The position numbers and the translations under genes were made by a program. From the NCBI GenBank assembly GCA_038736825.1, contig JAVYME010000012.1, positions 1 through 16,835 on the forward strand: a stretch of 16,835 nucleotides of DNA, given 5' to 3'. Positions 15,577-16,835 of this stretch are shown one piece after another. The notes beneath the pieces were generated by a model that ran no database searches, was not told the DNA's origin, and worked only from the letters and a program-made list of their open reading frames with translations. How positions within the stretch are numbered: position 1 is the stretch's first letter; each line of letters opens with the position of its first letter. The DNA comes from Candidatus Iainarchaeum sp. (GTDB lineage: Archaea > Iainarchaeota > Iainarchaeia > Iainarchaeales > DTGL01).

Positions 15577-16835
15577 TTATTTTCCTATTCCTTCGTAAGC
15601 AAAGCCCATTGCTTGCAAGCTTTTTCTATTGTAAATGTTTCTTCCGTCTATGACTAATGGTTTTTTCATAATCCTTTTAATTCTTTCAAAGTCCATTTCC
15701 CTGAATTCATTCCATTCAGTTACCAAAAGCATTGCGTCAGCGTTTTTCAGGGCAGTATATGGCGAGCTTGCGAATTCAATTCCTTTCAATGTTTTTTTTG
15801 CTTGTGTTATTGCAACAGGATCATAGGCTGAAATTTTTGCTCCTTCTTTGAGGAGTTTTTTTGCTATTTCAATTGATGGCGCTTCTCGCATGTCGTCAGT
15901 GTTTGGCTTAAAGGAAAGCCCTAACAATGCAATTTTTTTGCCTTTTAGTGTTTTAAAGTGTTTTTTGAGTTTTTTCACTGGAATTAGTTTTTGCTCTTTG
16001 TTTGTTTCTTCAGCCGCTCTAGGTATTTTCAAGTCAACACCGTATTTTTTGGCAGTGTGAATTAAGGCTTTTACGTCTTTTGGAAAGCAGGAACCACCCC
16101 ATCCACAGCCTGCTTTCAAAAAGGCTGGCCCGATTCTTTTGTCCAAGCCTATGCCTTCCGCGACTGCCTCTATGTTGGCTCCAACTTTGTCGCAAAGCCT
16201 TGCAATTTCATTGATGAAAGAGATTTTGGTGGCAAGCATTGCATTAGAGCCATATTTTATCAATTCTGCGCTTTCAATGTCTGTGAAAAGGATTTTTGCG
16301 CCCAATGTCCTGTATAATTCTTCCATTGTTTTGCTGGCTTTTTCGTCGTTTGAGCCTATTACAATTCGGTCTGGTTTCAGGAAATCGTTTATTGCGCTTC
16401 CCTCTCTTAAAAATTCTGGGTTTGACACTACGTGAAATTTTCCCTTGTAGTGTTTTCCGATTATTTTTGCCACTTTGTTGCCTGTGCCAACTGGCACAGT
16501 GCTCTTGTTGACTATGATTTTTTCACAATCAAGTGCTTGCCCTATTGCGTTGGCTGCTTGCTCTACATATTTTAAGTCTGATTCGCCGTTTTCTCCTTGG
16601 GGTGTTCCAACTGCAATAAAAATTATTTGCGATTTTTTCACTGCCTCTGCAGTGCTTGTAGTGAAAGAAAGCCTGCCGGCTTTTATGTTTTTTTCAAGCA
16701 TTTCTTCCAAGCCAGGCTCAAAAATCGGGCTTTTGCCTTTTTTCAGCATTTCCACTTTTTCTCTGTCAACGTCAACGCACACAACATTGTTTCCCAAGTC
16801 CGCAAAGCACGCTCCAGCCACAAGCCCGACATAAC
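15577..16835 (-). CDS. ugd: UDP-glucose 6-dehydrogenase, 5'-truncated by window edge
   Basis: The frame stays open to the window end (..YVGLVAGACFADLGNNVVCVDVD is part of the N-terminal NAD-binding fold). NPEFLREGSAINDF, the catalytic GWGGSCFPKDVKAL and FKPNTDDMREAP are canonical UDP-glucose/GDP-mannose dehydrogenase motifs. Confidence 0.92.
   Translation of the reverse strand, partial: YVGLVAGACFADLGNNVVCVDVDREKVEMLKKGKSPIFEPGLEEMLEKNIKAGRLSFTTSTAEAVKKSQIIFIAVGTPQGENGESDLKYVEQAANAIGQALDCEKIIVNKSTVPVGTGNKVAKIIGKHYKGKFHVVSNPEFLREGSAINDFLKPDRIVIGSNDEKASKTMEELYRTLGAKILFTDIESAELIKYGSNAMLATKISFINEIARLCDKVGANIEAVAEGIGLDKRIGPAFLKAGCGWGGSCFPKDVKALIHTAKKYGVDLKIPRAAEETNKEQKLIPVKKLKKHFKTLKGKKIALLGLSFKPNTDDMREAPSIEIAKKLLKEGAKISAYDPVAITQAKKTLKGIEFASSPYTALKNADAMLLVTEWNEFREMDFERIKRIMKKPLVIDGRNIYNRKSLQAMGFAYEGIGK

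Noticed and set aside
1-16835. Search for defence systems, toxin-antitoxin pairs, integrases/transposases, CRISPR repeats, tRNA/rRNA genes or phage genes.
   Set aside because: Every ORF above about 190 aa has a clear glycan or nucleotide-sugar assignment, or is a polytopic membrane protein. I saw no nuclease, ATPase, integrase or transposase motifs. No intergenic region is long enough to hold an array or a structured RNA gene except 12438-12741, which lacks repeat-spacer periodicity and tRNA-like features.

Overview
The window is an AT-rich, very tightly packed surface-glycan / nucleotide-sugar biosynthesis locus. I found no mobile elements, CRISPR array, tRNA/rRNA genes or recognisable defence or toxin genes. 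The standard genetic code fits, since all ORFs are long and uninterrupted. Layout: (+) 1-2258, a GT-C-like membrane glycosyltransferase cut by the window edge, then a GT2. (-) 2259-3949, rfbB then rfbA. (+) 4084-10897, a seven-gene block: GT4, UDP-glucuronate 4-epimerase-like SDR, GT4, SAM methyltransferase, Wzx-type flippase and a large polytopic membrane protein. (-) 10898-12437, a UPF0104 flippase-like membrane protein followed by a methyltransferase. About 300 nt of low-coding sequence follows, holding one small membrane ORF. (-) 12742-16835, UDP-glucose 6-dehydrogenase (cut by the window edge), class V fructose-1,6-bisphosphate aldolase/phosphatase, a sugar-phosphate nucleotidyltransferase and UDP-glucuronate decarboxylase. 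The FBP aldolase/phosphatase, short RfbA form, A/T-rich TATA-like boxes about 20-35 nt upstream of SD-less starts, and extreme compaction suggest a small-genome archaeon, possibly DPANN-like. That is inference only. I do not see a clearly novel multi-gene system. The points most worth a second look are: (1) the fbp gene is split by a 1-nt frameshift exactly inside an A9 run; (2) this gluconeogenic enzyme sits inside a UDP-sugar operon; (3) two apparently paralogous GT-C-like membrane proteins are present with no recognisable Wzy, WaaL or AglB; (4) two convergent gene pairs abut with 0 nt between their stop codons; (5) the single about 300-nt gap in an otherwise gap-free locus.
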